The position numbers and the translations under genes were made by a program. A model generated the notes under the pieces. The model was not told where the DNA came from, did not search any database, and worked only from the letters and a program-made list of their open reading frames with translations. Below are positions 30,465-41,693 of a DNA stretch of 64,000 nt, in pieces; within the stretch, counting starts at the first letter, position 1; every line of letters starts with the position of its first letter. The stretch spans positions 32,001 to 96,000 of the forward strand of contig CAVUXE010000022.1 in the NCBI GenBank assembly GCA_963745235.1. The letters are read 5' to 3'. Source of the DNA: an uncultured Spirochaetota bacterium. Lineage in GTDB: Bacteria > Spirochaetota > Spirochaetia > SZUA-6 > Fen-1364.

Positions 30465-30920
30465 GTGAAGAAGAACATCCTCGGAACGAGCGCCGTCACG
30501 CAGATAGGGATTCTCGTGCGTGACATCGAAAAGGCCGCGCAGGTCTATGCCGACCTCCTCGGGGTGGACAAGCCCGAGATACGGACCACGGATGGCCCGG
30601 AAAAGTCCCAGGCCCGGTTCAAGGGAAAGCCCACCGCGGCCCGCGCGAAGCTTGCGTTCTTCGATATTGGCCCGTCCCTGCAGCTGGAGCTGATCCAGCC
30701 CGACGACCAGCGCAGCACGTGGAGGGAAGACCTCAGCCGCGCGGGGGAGGGTGTTCATCATATCGCATTCCAGATCAAAGGGATGAAGGAAAAGATCGAG
30801 GCGCTGGGAGCAGAGGGTCTTCCCCTCCTGCAGACGGGAGAGTACGCAGGCGGCCGTTATGCCTACCTGGATGGATCGAAAGACCTCAAGGTGACGATCG
30901 AGCTCCTGGAGAACGACTGA
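30465..30920 (+). CDS. VOC family protein (methylmalonyl-CoA-epimerase-like)
   Basis: QIGILVRDIEKA, LELIQP, GEGVHHIAF, IELLE. Confidence 0.88.
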   Translation: MKKNILGTSAVTQIGILVRDIEKAAQVYADLLGVDKPEIRTTDGPEKSQARFKGKPTAARAKLAFFDIGPSLQLELIQPDDQRSTWREDLSRAGEGVHHIAFQIKGMKEKIEALGAEGLPLLQTGEYAGGRYAYLDGSKDLKVTIELLEND

Positions 30921-30981
30921 ACCGCGGTATTTTGTTATATTAGCCTGTGCATATTCGGCTTTCCTTATACGGAGGTGACTG

Positions 30982-32581
30982 ATGCGACACAAATCATCCA
31001 TTGTCCTTGCCCTCCTGGGCGCTGGTCTCCTTCTGCTGTCGGTCCCCGCATTCGCCGCCGGCCCGACCACGCTGCGCGTCACTTTTGCGTGGCCGAACGT
31101 CATCGACCCGGCAATCGGGAACGACTACGCCAGCTCCTCTTCCATCGTGAATCTCTATGACACGCTGGTATTCCCGAACGCGAAGGGAGGGGTGGACCCC
31201 TGGCTGGCCACATCCTGGAACGTCTCCGCGGACGGCCGGACCTACACCTTCCATCTGCGCAGCGGCGTGCGCTTTCATGATGGCACTCTCCTCAAGGCAA
31301 GCGACGTCGTAGCCAGCTACAACCGGCTTTCGACAATCGGCCGGGGCTTCGCGTACCTGCTGACTCCGAACATCGCGGAGGTCAGAGCGCCGAACGCACG
31401 CACGGTGGTGATCACGCTGAAGGAGCCCAGCGCGCTGTTCCTGCCCAGCCTTGTCCGCCTGTACGTTGCGGATGAGGCGCTCATCAAGAAGAACACGAAG
31501 GCCGAAGGCCCGTACGGGGCAAACGGAGACTACGGGACCACGTGGCTCCAGACCCATGACGCCGGCTCGGGCCCCTACATGGTGAAGGAGTTCCCGCTGG
31601 AGCAGTACCTCCTGATGGCGAAGAACACCCGGTGGTGGGGAAAGTTCAACCCGAATGCGGCTGACACGGTCCGATTCATCGGCACCACGGAGGGCGTCAC
31701 CGTGCGGACCCTGATGCAGAACAAACAGCTGGAGATCACGGACCAGTGGCAGAGCTTCGAGGCCTACCAGGCCCTGGAGAAGATGGACGGCGTGAAGGTG
31801 GCGGCATTGCCATCCATGACGTCGTTCTATTACATGGTGAACACGAAGAAGGCCCCCACGGACGACCTGCATTTCCGCCTGGCCATGGAGTACGCCTTCG
31901 ACTACGACGCCGCCGTCGGGCTTGAAATGGCCGGGCACGAAGCAGATGGTCGGCCCTGTACCGGCCTCCCTGGCGGGGCATGACCCGAATGTCCTTGTCT
32001 ACAAGCGTGACCTGGACAAGGCCAAGGCGGAGCTTGCGCAGAGCACGTACGCGGGATCACTGGATCAGAACCCCGTGGTCGTTCAGTGGGTGTCGGAAGT
32101 GCCGGACGAGGAGAAGTACGCCCTGCTGTTCCAGTCCAACATGGCGGACGTCGGCATCAAGGTGAACGTGGTCAAAGTGCCCTGGCTCAGCCTGGTGGAG
32201 AACACGAGCAAGCTCTCCAGCAGCCCGAACATCGCCACGATCTACGTCTCCTCCGACCTCCCCGAGGCCGGACTCATGCTGAAGCAGCGCTACAGCTCCA
32301 GCACGGCCGGCACGTGGCAGCAGAACGAGTGGCTGCAGGACAAGAGCCTGGATGACCAGATCAACGATGCGCTGGGGACCCTCAGCGAGCCCGCGCGGTT
32401 TGCCAAGTACGCAAAGATCCAGGAGGAGCTCGTTGGCCTTGCCCCATCGGTCTGGATCTACGACCAGATCGAGAAGCATGCGTATCGCACGAACGTTGAC
32501 TGGCCCGCCACCCGGGGGGAGACCAGCCTTATCCAGGGGTACGCGTTCTTCGCCGCCGCCATCGGGGTGACTGGGCCGTAG
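30982..32581 (+). CDS. Peptide/nickel-family ABC substrate-binding protein, frameshift near 31920
   Basis: Signal peptide; NLYDTLV...PWLATSWNVSADGRTYTFHLRSGVRFHDG; GSGPY; continues in ORF 31922..32581. Confidence 0.9.
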
Positions 32582-32603
32582 GGGGCGGGGGAAAGCTCTT
32601 CGG

Positions 32604-33632
32604 ATGCCCCTGCTGAGCTTCATAGCGCGACGCCTGGGCTACTCCATCCTCGTGCTCCTGGGGTTGTCGATCGTGATCTTCGTCATCGCCCGCATCATGC
32701 CGGGAGACCCCGCGCGGATGGCGGTGGGCATGATGGCCCCCCAGTGGGTGGTCGACAGGCTGCGTGAGCAGATGCATCTCAACCAGTCCCTGCCGGTGCA
32801 ATACGTGTTCTGGCTGCGGGATGCGCTGCACGGGGACTTCGGGCTGTCCCTGGTCACGCAGCGTCCGGTGATGAGCGACATCGTGGAGTTCTTTCCCGCG
32901 TCGCTGGAGCTGGTGCTTGCCGCGGGCCTCCTGGCCGCAGTCGGGGGGATCGGCCTGGGGGTGCTCTCCGCGCGCCACAAGGATACCTGGATCGACAGCG
33001 TTGTGCGTGTCTTCTCCTACACGGGAGTGGTCACTCCCTCCTTCGTGTTTGCCATTCTCTTCGTGCTTCTGTTCGGCTGGGTCCTTCGCGCCTTTCCCGT
33101 CATCGGCAGGCTGAGCGAACAGGTCGCTGCGCCTCCGGTCGTCACCGGGCTGATGACCGTGGATTCGCTTCTGGCCGGCCGCCTGGACGCGTTCGTCGAC
33201 GCGCTTCATCACCTGGTGCTCCCTGCCCTCGCGCTGGCGATGGGCTCCATTGCGCAGGAATCCCGGATCACGAGGGCCTCAATGGCGGACAACCTGGGCC
33301 GGGATTACATCACGGCTGCCCGGGCGCTGGGGGTCTCCGAGCGCGTCGTGATGGGCCGCTTCCTCCTCAAGCCTTCCCTGATCCCCACGGTCTCGATCCT
33401 TGGCCTGGATATCGCGTCCCTGTTCAGCATCGCCTTCCTGGTGGAGCTGATCTTCAACTGGCCGGGGCTTGCGCGCTATGGCCTGAGCGCGATGCTCCAC
33501 AAGGACCTGAACGCAATCTCCGCGGTGATCCTCGTGCTGGGAGCGGTGTTCGCGCTCGTCAACATCGTGGTGGACCTCATTGTCGCGGGGCTGGACCCCC
33601 GCATCCGCCTTGCCGCAACGAGGAGCCAGTAA
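32604..33632 (+). CDS. Peptide ABC permease (DppB-like)
   Basis: MPGDPA, GDFGLS, DYITAARALG, IFNWPGLAR. Confidence 0.95.
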   Translation: MPLLSFIARRLGYSILVLLGLSIVIFVIARIMPGDPARMAVGMMAPQWVVDRLREQMHLNQSLPVQYVFWLRDALHGDFGLSLVTQRPVMSDIVEFFPASLELVLAAGLLAAVGGIGLGVLSARHKDTWIDSVVRVFSYTGVVTPSFVFAILFVLLFGWVLRAFPVIGRLSEQVAAPPVVTGLMTVDSLLAGRLDAFVDALHHLVLPALALAMGSIAQESRITRASMADNLGRDYITAARALGVSERVVMGRFLLKPSLIPTVSILGLDIASLFSIAFLVELIFNWPGLARYGLSAMLHKDLNAISAVILVLGAVFALVNIVVDLIVAGLDPRIRLAATRSQ

Positions 33633-33637
33633 AAGTC

Positions 33638-34571
33638 ATGGGCGAATCAGCTGACATAGCACGAGAGCTCAGCATCGAGGCCTCCGCCCGGCGGATCCGG
33701 GAGCTCGAGCGCGCCTCCCGGCGTGAAAACCTGGGACGCGCGTGGTACAAGTTCTCGCGAAACCCCCTGTCAGTGGTCGGTCTTGTCCTTGTGGCGGCGG
33801 TCATCCTGCTTGCGGTGTTCGCCCCCTACGTCACCCCTTTTCCGAGGCACGCGGGGGCGTTCACGGATTTCGCGCATGCCAAGGTCCCTCCCGGCGTGAA
33901 GTACATCTTCGGCACTGACCAGATCGGCCGCGACATCCTGACCCGGATCATCTTCGGCCTGCGCTCGTCGCTCCTCATGGGCGTGCTGGTCCTTGCCCTG
34001 GTGGTGCCGCCCGGCGTCCTCCTGGGGCTCCTTGCCGGGTACTTTCGGGGCACATGGGTCGACGTGCTCATCATGAGAGTGACGGACGTGTTCCTGGCCG
34101 TGCCGCCGCTCATCCTCGCGCTGGCGGTGGCCTCGGTCCTGCAGCCCAGCCTCTGGCACGGAATGATGGCCGTCTCCCTGATGTGGTGGCCATGGTACAC
34201 GCGCCTGGTCTACGGCCTGACCAGCCAGCTGAGGAACGAGTACTTCGTGGCCGCCGCGGAGATCAACGGCGCCAGCCTCTGGCACATCCTGTTCCGGGAG
34301 ATCCTTCCCAACACGGTCTCCTCCGTGTTGACCAAGATGAGCCTGGACGTCGCGTGGGTGATCATCATCGGGTCCATGTTGAGCTTCGTCGGCCTGGGAG
34401 TTCAGCCTCCCGAGCCGAGCCTCGGCTCGAATGGTTGCCGACGGCGCGCGCTACCTCCCCGACCAATGGTGGATCGCCGTTTTTCCCGCGCTTGCCATCG
34501 TGGTGGTCGTCATGGGTTTCAACCTGCTGGGAGACGGCATTCGCGACATGTTCGCCTCTGAGCAGGCCTGA
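33638..34571 (+). CDS. Peptide ABC permease (DppC-like), frameshift near 34430
   Basis: FGTDQIGRD, LSFVGLGVQPPEP; the shifted frame gives QWWIAVFP...FNLLGDGIRD, stop at 34569-34571. Confidence 0.92.
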
Positions 34572-34572
34572 C

Positions 34573-35597
34573 ATGCCCGCGTCCCGGGAACCCTCCGCCC
34601 CGCTCCTGGATGTCAGGGATCTCCACGTGCACTTCGCCGTCTACGGGGGACGGCTCATGGTGCTTGACGGGGTCAACCTGTCGGTGGGCCGGGGGAGAAG
34701 GTCGGGTTGGTGGGGGAGACGGGGTGCGGGAAGACGACCACCATGAAAGCCATCCTTCGCGTGCTTCCCGCGACGGCCAGGGTCCCGTCCGGGCAGGTCC
34801 TTTTCAAGGGAAGGGATACCCTCGCAATGAACGCTCGGGAGCTCTCCCACGTGCGCGGCCGGGGCATCTCCATGATCTTCCAGGACCCGACGGCGGCCCT
34901 CAACCCGGTCTTCACCGTGGGCGAGCAGCTGGAGACCGTCATTGCACACTCGGCCGCCGTCAGGGGCGAGCCCCTGTCCAGAGCGGCAGTGCGTGACAGG
35001 GCCGTGACTTCCCTCCAGGAGGTCGCGCTCGCGGACCCGAAACGGCTGCTCGGAAGCTATCCCGTCCAGCTCAGCGGGGGCATGCGCCAGCGTGTGTGCA
35101 TCGGGATGGCGCTGGCAACCGGGCCCGGCCTCCTGATTGCGGACGAGCCGGGCACGTCGCTGGACGTGACCATCCAGGACCAGATCCTCCGTCTCCTGCA
35201 GGCCCTGGTGACCGAAAGGGACACCTCTGTCATCCTCATCACCCATACCCTCGGGGTGGTGCGCGAGCTGACCGACCGTGTGTACGTCATGTACGCGGGA
35301 ACCATTGTGGAGACGGCCACCACGGCCAGGCTCTTCGCAAAGCCGTCTCACCCGTACACGCGGGGGCTTCTGCAGACGGTGCCGAAGCTGAGCGGCGGCG
35401 GCATTGCAAGCGGGATTCCAGGCCGGATCCCCGACTACCTCCATCCCCCCGCCGGCTGCAGGTTCCATACCCGCTGTCCGCATGCCATGGACATCTGCCG
35501 CGTCACGAAGCCGCCCTTTTTCAGGATCGATGACGACCACGAGGCGGCCTGCTTCCTGTATGCGCCCGGGCATGCAGGCGAGAGGAAGGAACCGTGA
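34573..35597 (+). CDS. Peptide ABC ATP-binding protein (DppD-like), frameshift near 34695
   Basis: LLDVRDLHVHF; VGETGCGKT; LSGGMRQR; HPYTRGLL; GCRFHTRC. Confidence 0.93.
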
Positions 35598-36583
35598 CCG
35601 GGGAAATCCTGACTGTCACTGATCTGAAAAAGCATTTCGTCGTCGGTCACGCCAGGCTGCCGCGGCGCACGCCAATCACGGTCAGGGCAGTTGACGGCAT
35701 TTCCTTCGGGATGCGGGAAGGGGAGACCCTCGGCCTCGTCGGAGAGTCAGGCTCCGGGAAGAGCACGGTGGCCTATACGACAGTCGGGATGTATCGGCCC
35801 ACGTCCGGACGCCTCACTTTCCGCGGGCAGGAGCTGTTCGGGGAGAGGGGAGCCCGGCCGCGGCATCTGCGCAAGGAGATCCAGATCGTCTTCCAGGACC
35901 CGGGCTCTTCCCTGAACCCTCGGCACACCGTGCGGGAGATCCTCTCCATGCCGCTGCGCGTGCATCAGCCGGGAAGGAACAGGGTGGAACAGATCGTGCG
36001 CCTGCTCGAAATGGTGGACCTCCCGCCGGAGTACATGTACCGGTACCCGCATACGCTGAGCGGGGGGGAGAAGCAGATCGTCGGGATTGCCCGCGCGCTT
36101 GCCAGCGACCCCACGCTCGTCATCCTGGACGAGCCGACATCAGCGCTGGACGTGTCCGTCCAGGCGAAGACCATCACCTTGCTCCTCCGCCTGCAGCGGG
36201 AGCTGCACCTGTCCTACCTCTTCATCACGCATGACCTGAGCCTGATGCGCAATGTCGCCTCCCGCGTGGCAATCATGTACCTGGGCAGGATCTGCGAGGT
36301 GGCGGAGACGGCGGAGTTCTTCAACAATCCTCTCCATCCCTACACCCAGATGCTTCTCTCCTCCATTCCCGTGATCTCGGAGGCGGAGGAGAAGCTGCTG
36401 CCGCGCAAGGTGGTTTCCCGCGGAGAGATACCCAGCCCCGTCGACGTGCCCAGCGGGTGCAGCTTTCGCACACGGTGCCCTTTCGTCATGGATGTCTGCC
36501 GGCGCGTGGACCCCGTGATGGTGGACGGGGCTCCGGGGCACCAGGTGAGGTGCCACCTGTTCACGCAACCGGGCGGCGCCTGA
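35594..36583 (+). CDS. Peptide ABC ATP-binding protein (DppF-like)
   Basis: [32 protein letters not shown]. Confidence 0.95.
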   Translation: MTGEILTVTDLKKHFVVGHARLPRRTPITVRAVDGISFGMREGETLGLVGESGSGKSTVAYTTVGMYRPTSGRLTFRGQELFGERGARPRHLRKEIQIVFQDPGSSLNPRHTVREILSMPLRVHQPGRNRVEQIVRLLEMVDLPPEYMYRYPHTLSGGEKQIVGIARALASDPTLVILDEPTSALDVSVQAKTITLLLRLQRELHLSYLFITHDLSLMRNVASRVAIMYLGRICEVAETAEFFNNPLHPYTQMLLSSIPVISEAEEKLLPRKVVSRGEIPSPVDVPSGCSFRTRCPFVMDVCRRVDPVMVDGAPGHQVRCHLFTQPGGA

Positions 36584-36603
36584 GCGTTACAAGGAGGAGC
36601 CAG

Positions 36604-38670
36604 ATGCTGAGAGTGGCAACCGACATAGGAGGGACCTTCACGGACCTCGTCTTTGTCCGCCCGGACGGGACCGTGGGCACGGGCAAGAGCGACACCACTC
36701 CCGACCAGTACGAAAAGGGCGTCATGGACGTGATCCAGGCCAGCAGCATTTCCCCCGCGGAGTTCGTTTCATTCGTGCACGGGACGACAATCGTCATCAA
36801 CGCGATTACAGAGCGCAAGGGCGCGCGCGCCGCGCTGATCACAACGGAGGGGTTCCGCGACGTCCTGGAGATAGGCCGCGGGAACCGGCCGGACTTCTTC
36901 AACCTGGAATACCGCAAGCCCCGGCCGTTTGTCTCGCGCTATCTGCGCCGCACGCTCCCGGGGCGCATCTCCTACAAGGGCCAGGAGACCATGCCGCTGG
37001 ACATGTCTGCCTTGCCTGCCATCCTGGAGGACTTCCGACGCGAGGGAGTGGAGGCCATTGCCGTCTGCCTGATCAACTCCTACGCCAACCCCGCCCATGA
37101 GGAGGCAGTTGTTGCGCGGATCCGGGAGCTGTGGCCCGAGGTCTCCACGGTCGCCTCCCACCAGATCACCCGCGAATGGAGGGAGTACGAGCGTACGACC
37201 ACGGCGGTGCTGTCCGCGTACGTGCAGCCCATAGCCCACCGCTACCTGGACCAGCTCACCCGGCGCCTGTCGCAGGCGGGCATGAGCTGCACACCCTACA
37301 TCATGCAGTCCAACTGCGGCGTGGATACCGTCAGGAACGCGCGCGAGGTCCCCATCACGATGATCGAATCCGGACCCGCCAGCGGCGTCTGGGGAGCGGC
37401 CGCCCTTGGCCGGATGATCGGCCGGCAGAACGCCATCGCCATTGACATCGGAGGCACCACCGCGAAATGCGGGCTCATCATCGGAGGCCAGGTCAAGCTC
37501 AACACCAACTACATGGTGGAGCGAACGGAGCTCTCGGCGGGATATCCGGTCATGGTGCCCGTGGTGGACCTCGTTGAGATCGGCAACGGAGGCGGGTCGA
37601 TCGCCTGGGTGGACGAGTTCCAGAGGCTCCACGTCGGGCCGCAAAGCGCCGGGGCGGTGCCGGGGCCCGCCGCCTATGGCGCCGGAGGAACCGAAGCCAC
37701 CACCACGGACGCGAACCTCGCGCTGGGCTGCATCAATCCGCACTACTTCTGCGGCGGCAAGGTGGAGGCTGACATGAGCGCCGTGGACACGGCGCTCGGG
37801 AAGCTGGCGGCAACTCTGAAAACGGACCGCCGGGAGGCCGCGCGCGGGATCCTCCGCATCGCGAACAACAACATGGTGAACGCCATCAAGCTGATATCGA
37901 TCAACCGGGGCCTGGACCCCCGGGATTTCACCTTGATCGCATTCGGAGGAGGCGGAGGCATGCACGCCTGCGCGCTTGCCGCGGACCTGGGGATCAGGGA
38001 CATCGTGATCCCCAGTCTCTCCGGAGTTTTCTCCGCGTGGGGCATGCTGCTGAGCGACCTTCGGCGGGACTACCTTCTCACGCGGATCGTCGACCTTGCG
38101 GACCCCTCCGCCGCGGAGCGGCTGAACGAGGCGTTCAACGCCCTGGAGCAGGAATCGATCCGCCAGTTCACGGCAGAGACCATTGACAGGGGGCGCGTGC
38201 GCTTTCAGAGGTTCGCGCGGTGCCGCTACCAGAACCAGGAGCACTCGGTGGAGATCGACCTGCCTGACGGCGGCATCACCACCGCGCGCCTTGACGCCAT
38301 CCGGGAGCATTTCCACGCCACCTACGAGCGTGAGTACACGTATCGCCTTCCCGCGCCCGTGGAGCTCGTGTGTTTCCACCTCGTGGCCTTTGCGGAGGTG
38401 GACAAGCTGTCCCCGCGAAAGCGCGAAGCCACGGGGCGGGCGGTGAAGGACGCGGTGAAAGGTCGGCGGGACGTGGACTACGCGGAAGCCGGCGGCCACA
38501 GCGCCACGATTTACAACGGAGATCTCCTGGAGCCGGGGATGAGCTTCGCGGGTCCGGCCATCATGGAGGAGGCGGGCACAACCGTCGTCATTCCTCCCGG
38601 GATGCCCTGCAGGATCGACGACTACGGCAACTACGTCATCGAGACCCCGCGCGAAGGAGGACGTGTATGA
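36604..38670 (+). CDS. Hydantoinase/5-oxoprolinase subunit A
   Basis: DIGGTFTD, HGTTIVINA, ESGPASG, DIGGTT, VGPQSAGAVPGP, FGGGGGMHA. Confidence 0.93.
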   Translation: MLRVATDIGGTFTDLVFVRPDGTVGTGKSDTTPDQYEKGVMDVIQASSISPAEFVSFVHGTTIVINAITERKGARAALITTEGFRDVLEIGRGNRPDFFNLEYRKPRPFVSRYLRRTLPGRISYKGQETMPLDMSALPAILEDFRREGVEAIAVCLINSYANPAHEEAVVARIRELWPEVSTVASHQITREWREYERTTTAVLSAYVQPIAHRYLDQLTRRLSQAGMSCTPYIMQSNCGVDTVRNAREVPITMIESGPASGVWGAAALGRMIGRQNAIAIDIGGTTAKCGLIIGGQVKLNTNYMVERTELSAGYPVMVPVVDLVEIGNGGGSIAWVDEFQRLHVGPQSAGAVPGPAAYGAGGTEATTTDANLALGCINPHYFCGGKVEADMSAVDTALGKLAATLKTDRREAARGILRIANNNMVNAIKLISINRGLDPRDFTLIAFGGGGGMHACALAADLGIRDIVIPSLSGVFSAWGMLLSDLRRDYLLTRIVDLADPSAAERLNEAFNALEQESIRQFTAETIDRGRVRFQRFARCRYQNQEHSVEIDLPDGGITTARLDAIREHFHATYEREYTYRLPAPVELVCFHLVAFAEVDKLSPRKREATGRAVKDAVKGRRDVDYAEAGGHSATIYNGDLLEPGMSFAGPAIMEEAGTTVVIPPGMPCRIDDYGNYVIETPREGGRV

Positions 38671-40341
38671 GCGGCACCTACGACCGGATCACCCTTGAGA
38701 TCATCCAGAGCTCGCTGCAGGCGGCCGCGGATGAGATGTTCGCGGCCCTCCGGCACACCGCAATGAGCGCGATCATCTATGAGGTCCTGGACTGCGGCAC
38801 CGGGATCACGGACAGGAACGGGGATCTGGCCGGCTCGGGGGCCGGGATCCCGGCTTTCGTCGGCGTCCTGGACAAGACGGTGAAGAAGGTGCTCTCGAAG
38901 TTCGACAAGCCCGGCGACATCGAGCAGGGGGACATCTTCATGACAAATGACCCGTACAACGGGGGCGTGACTCACTTGAACGACGTCATCCTCGTGATGC
39001 CCGTCTTTGCCGGTCCGGACATCGTGGCCTGGACGGCAAATATCGCTCACTGGAACGACGTGGGCGGCATGGTGCCCGGGAGCATGTCCACCAACGCAAA
39101 AGAGATCTTCCAGGAAGGCATGATCCTTGCCGGCATCAAGCTCTTCTCACGGGGCCAGCCCTTACGTTCCGTGCTGGACATTCTCACCGCCAACTGCCGC
39201 ATGCCGGACTTCCTCATCGGCGACCTGTGGGCGGGAGTCGCTTCCGTCAGGGTGGGAGAGCGCCGGGTGCTGGAGATCGTCACGAAGTACGGGAAGGATG
39301 TATTCCTGCACGCCGTCGAAGAATACCTGGACTACGGGGAGCGGGTGAGCCTCGCGGCGTTGAAGAAGCTCCCCAAGGGCAGGTACTCACTCGTGGAGGA
39401 GCAGGACCAGGGGCTCCCCTGGAAAGTGGTCGTTGAGGTCAGCGACACGCAGTTCATCGTCGACCTGCGCGAAAACCCGGACCAGGACAGGGGGCCCTTC
39501 AACATGAGCCGCGACGAGGCCATCGTGTCCTGCCAGATGGCCTTCAAGTGCGCCACCTCCCCCGAGCGCGTCGCCAACGGCGGCACGTTCCGTCCTCTCA
39601 CGGTGCTGACGCGAAACGGCAGCATCTTCGACCCGGCGTTTCCCGCGGCCATGGGGATCTACTACGAGATGACGATCAGGCTCGAGGACCTGGTCACCCG
39701 CTGCCTGGCCCAGCGGCTGCCTGACCGCCTGCCCGCCGGCAGCTTCGCCTCCGTCTGCGGGACCCTCTTCGGCGGCATCCATGCGGACACCGGCCGCACC
39801 TACGCGGTCATCGAGCCCGAGCTGGGCGGCTGGGGTGGATCTCCCCACTCCGACGGCAACCCCGGCCAGTTCTCCGCCCTCCACGGGGAGACCTATAACT
39901 GTCCCGCTGAGGTGGCTGAAGCCCGCTACGGCGTGACGGTGGACTACCTCAGCTTCCACGACGAGGACGGCGGCGCGGGCCTCCATCGAGGCGGCAAGGG
40001 TGTTCGCATCGACTATCGCATGAGATCCGATAATGCGTGGCTCACGGTTGCCTACACCAGGTCGAAGGTCCTTCCCTGGCCGCTTTCCGGCGGGTGCCAG
40101 GGATCGCCCAACCACGTCGTGATTGTGCGCGCGGACGGCAGCACGGAGGACCACTCGGTGGTGAGCGGCCTCACCGTCAACCGCGGAGAGGTCATCAGGA
40201 TCATCACCGGGCACGGGGGCGGGCTGGGGAGACCCCATGAAGCGGGACCTGGAGCTGGTGAAGGAGGACCTGAAAAACGGCTACATCTCCCGGGAGCAGG
40301 CGAACAAGTACTACCGGCTGGAAGAACGGCTGAAGGGTTGA
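38667..40341 (+). CDS. Hydantoinase/5-oxoprolinase subunit B, frameshift near 40210
   Basis: NDPYNGGVTHLND, AHWNDVGG, FQEG; the shifted frame ends GAGWGDPMKRDLELVKEDLKNGYIS...KG, stop at 40339-40341. Confidence 0.92.
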
Positions 40342-40342
40342 C

Positions 40343-41216
40343 TCAGGGAGCCGCCCCGGACCCCCAGATAGGACTCCCTTCCCTCACGCGTGCCGCCGGC
40401 GCGATGGTTTCGCTCATGGCATCGATGTATCGCGTGGCGGACGACACGAGCGACTTCTTTGCCCCGCCGGGAATGACCGCATCCCACCAGGCCCCATAGA
40501 TCCGATCGAATCGGAACTGGGCAATCGCGTTCGCTATTCGACGCACGGCCGAGGCCGGCAGCGGGATGAGGTTCGGATAGCTGTACATGAAGCTGACATA
40601 CCTCTTGTCAGCAACGACGTAGACGGAATCTCCCGTGTGCAGGGTGCCCCTGCCGCTGGCGCCTCCCTGCCAGTGCAGGACGGTCGAGCCCGGGGAAGTG
40701 CCCGCCCACCCGGATGAGGGTCGCGCCCGGGAGGATTTCCAGCTGTCCGCCCTCCCAGTGCACAATGGCGGGATCCGGCCGCATCGACCACCGCGCGTCG
40801 TCAGCGTGCAGATACACGGGGGCGCCGCCGAGCCGGCGGCTCCATTCGACCACGGAGGAGTAGTAATGGGGATGTGAGATGGCGATGGCCGCAAGCCCTC
40901 CCCTGGATTTCACCCACTGTACTGTTTCATCGTCGATGAAAGAGATACAGTCCCACACGATGTTCCCGTCGGTCGTTTCGATGAGCATGGCACGCTGGCC
41001 GATTGCGAAGACCGGCTCCGTGGAGATACCGGAGATGCCGGGCTCGACGGGGCGGATGACGTTGCGGCTGGTCCTTGCCAGCTCCTGCAGGCTGGTCCAT
41101 TCCTGCCCGCCGGGCCCGACGTACTGCCGTGGGTCCCGGCAGACTGGGCAATGCGCCGGGGGGGCCTCACTCTCAGGGAACTGCATCCCGCACGCGGCGC
41201 AGATGAAGCACGTCAT
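40343..41216 (-). CDS. MBL-fold metallo-hydrolase with N-terminal Cys pairs, frameshift near 40700
   Basis: ICAACG...CPVCRDPRQY, FAIGQRA, ISHPHYY, GGHFPG, SFMYSYPNLIPL. Confidence 0.88.
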
Positions 41217-41285
41217 GCATGGAAGCTACTTCGGCCGGGCAGGAGCGGCAAATCAGGGGAGGAAATTCTCGGGAGGAGCCCTCAC

Positions 41286-41678
41286 GTGAAGAGGCAGATC
41301 GCCCAGTTTGCCCTGGTCGTTCGTGATTATGATGAGGCCATACGGTTCTACACCGAGCGGCTGGGCTTCGACCTCGTTGAAGACACCGCGCTTGACAGCC
41401 GGAAGCGCTGGGTCGTGGTGGCACCCCGCGGGTCCACCGCCACGCTCCTCCTCGCGAAGGCGTCATCCGACTCGCAGTCGAGCAGGGTGGGGGACCAGAG
41501 CGGCGGCCGCGTGCTCCTCTTCCTGGAGACCGACGATTTCTGGCGTGATTACCGGGACATGCGCTCGCGCGGGGTGGAGTTCCTGGAGGAGCCGCGCGAA
41601 GAGGAATACGGCGTCGTGGCCGTGTTCCAGGACCTCTACGGAAACAAGTGGGACCTCCTTGAGCCGCGCGGACGCTGA
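41286..41678 (+). CDS. VOC/glyoxalase family protein
   Basis: LVVRDYDEAIRFY, KRWVVVAP, VFQDLYGNKWDL; GTG start after GGAGGAG. Confidence 0.92.
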   Translation: MKRQIAQFALVVRDYDEAIRFYTERLGFDLVEDTALDSRKRWVVVAPRGSTATLLLAKASSDSQSSRVGDQSGGRVLLFLETDDFWRDYRDMRSRGVEFLEEPREEEYGVVAVFQDLYGNKWDLLEPRGR

Positions 41679-41693
41679 ACGGGGGAATCAGGA

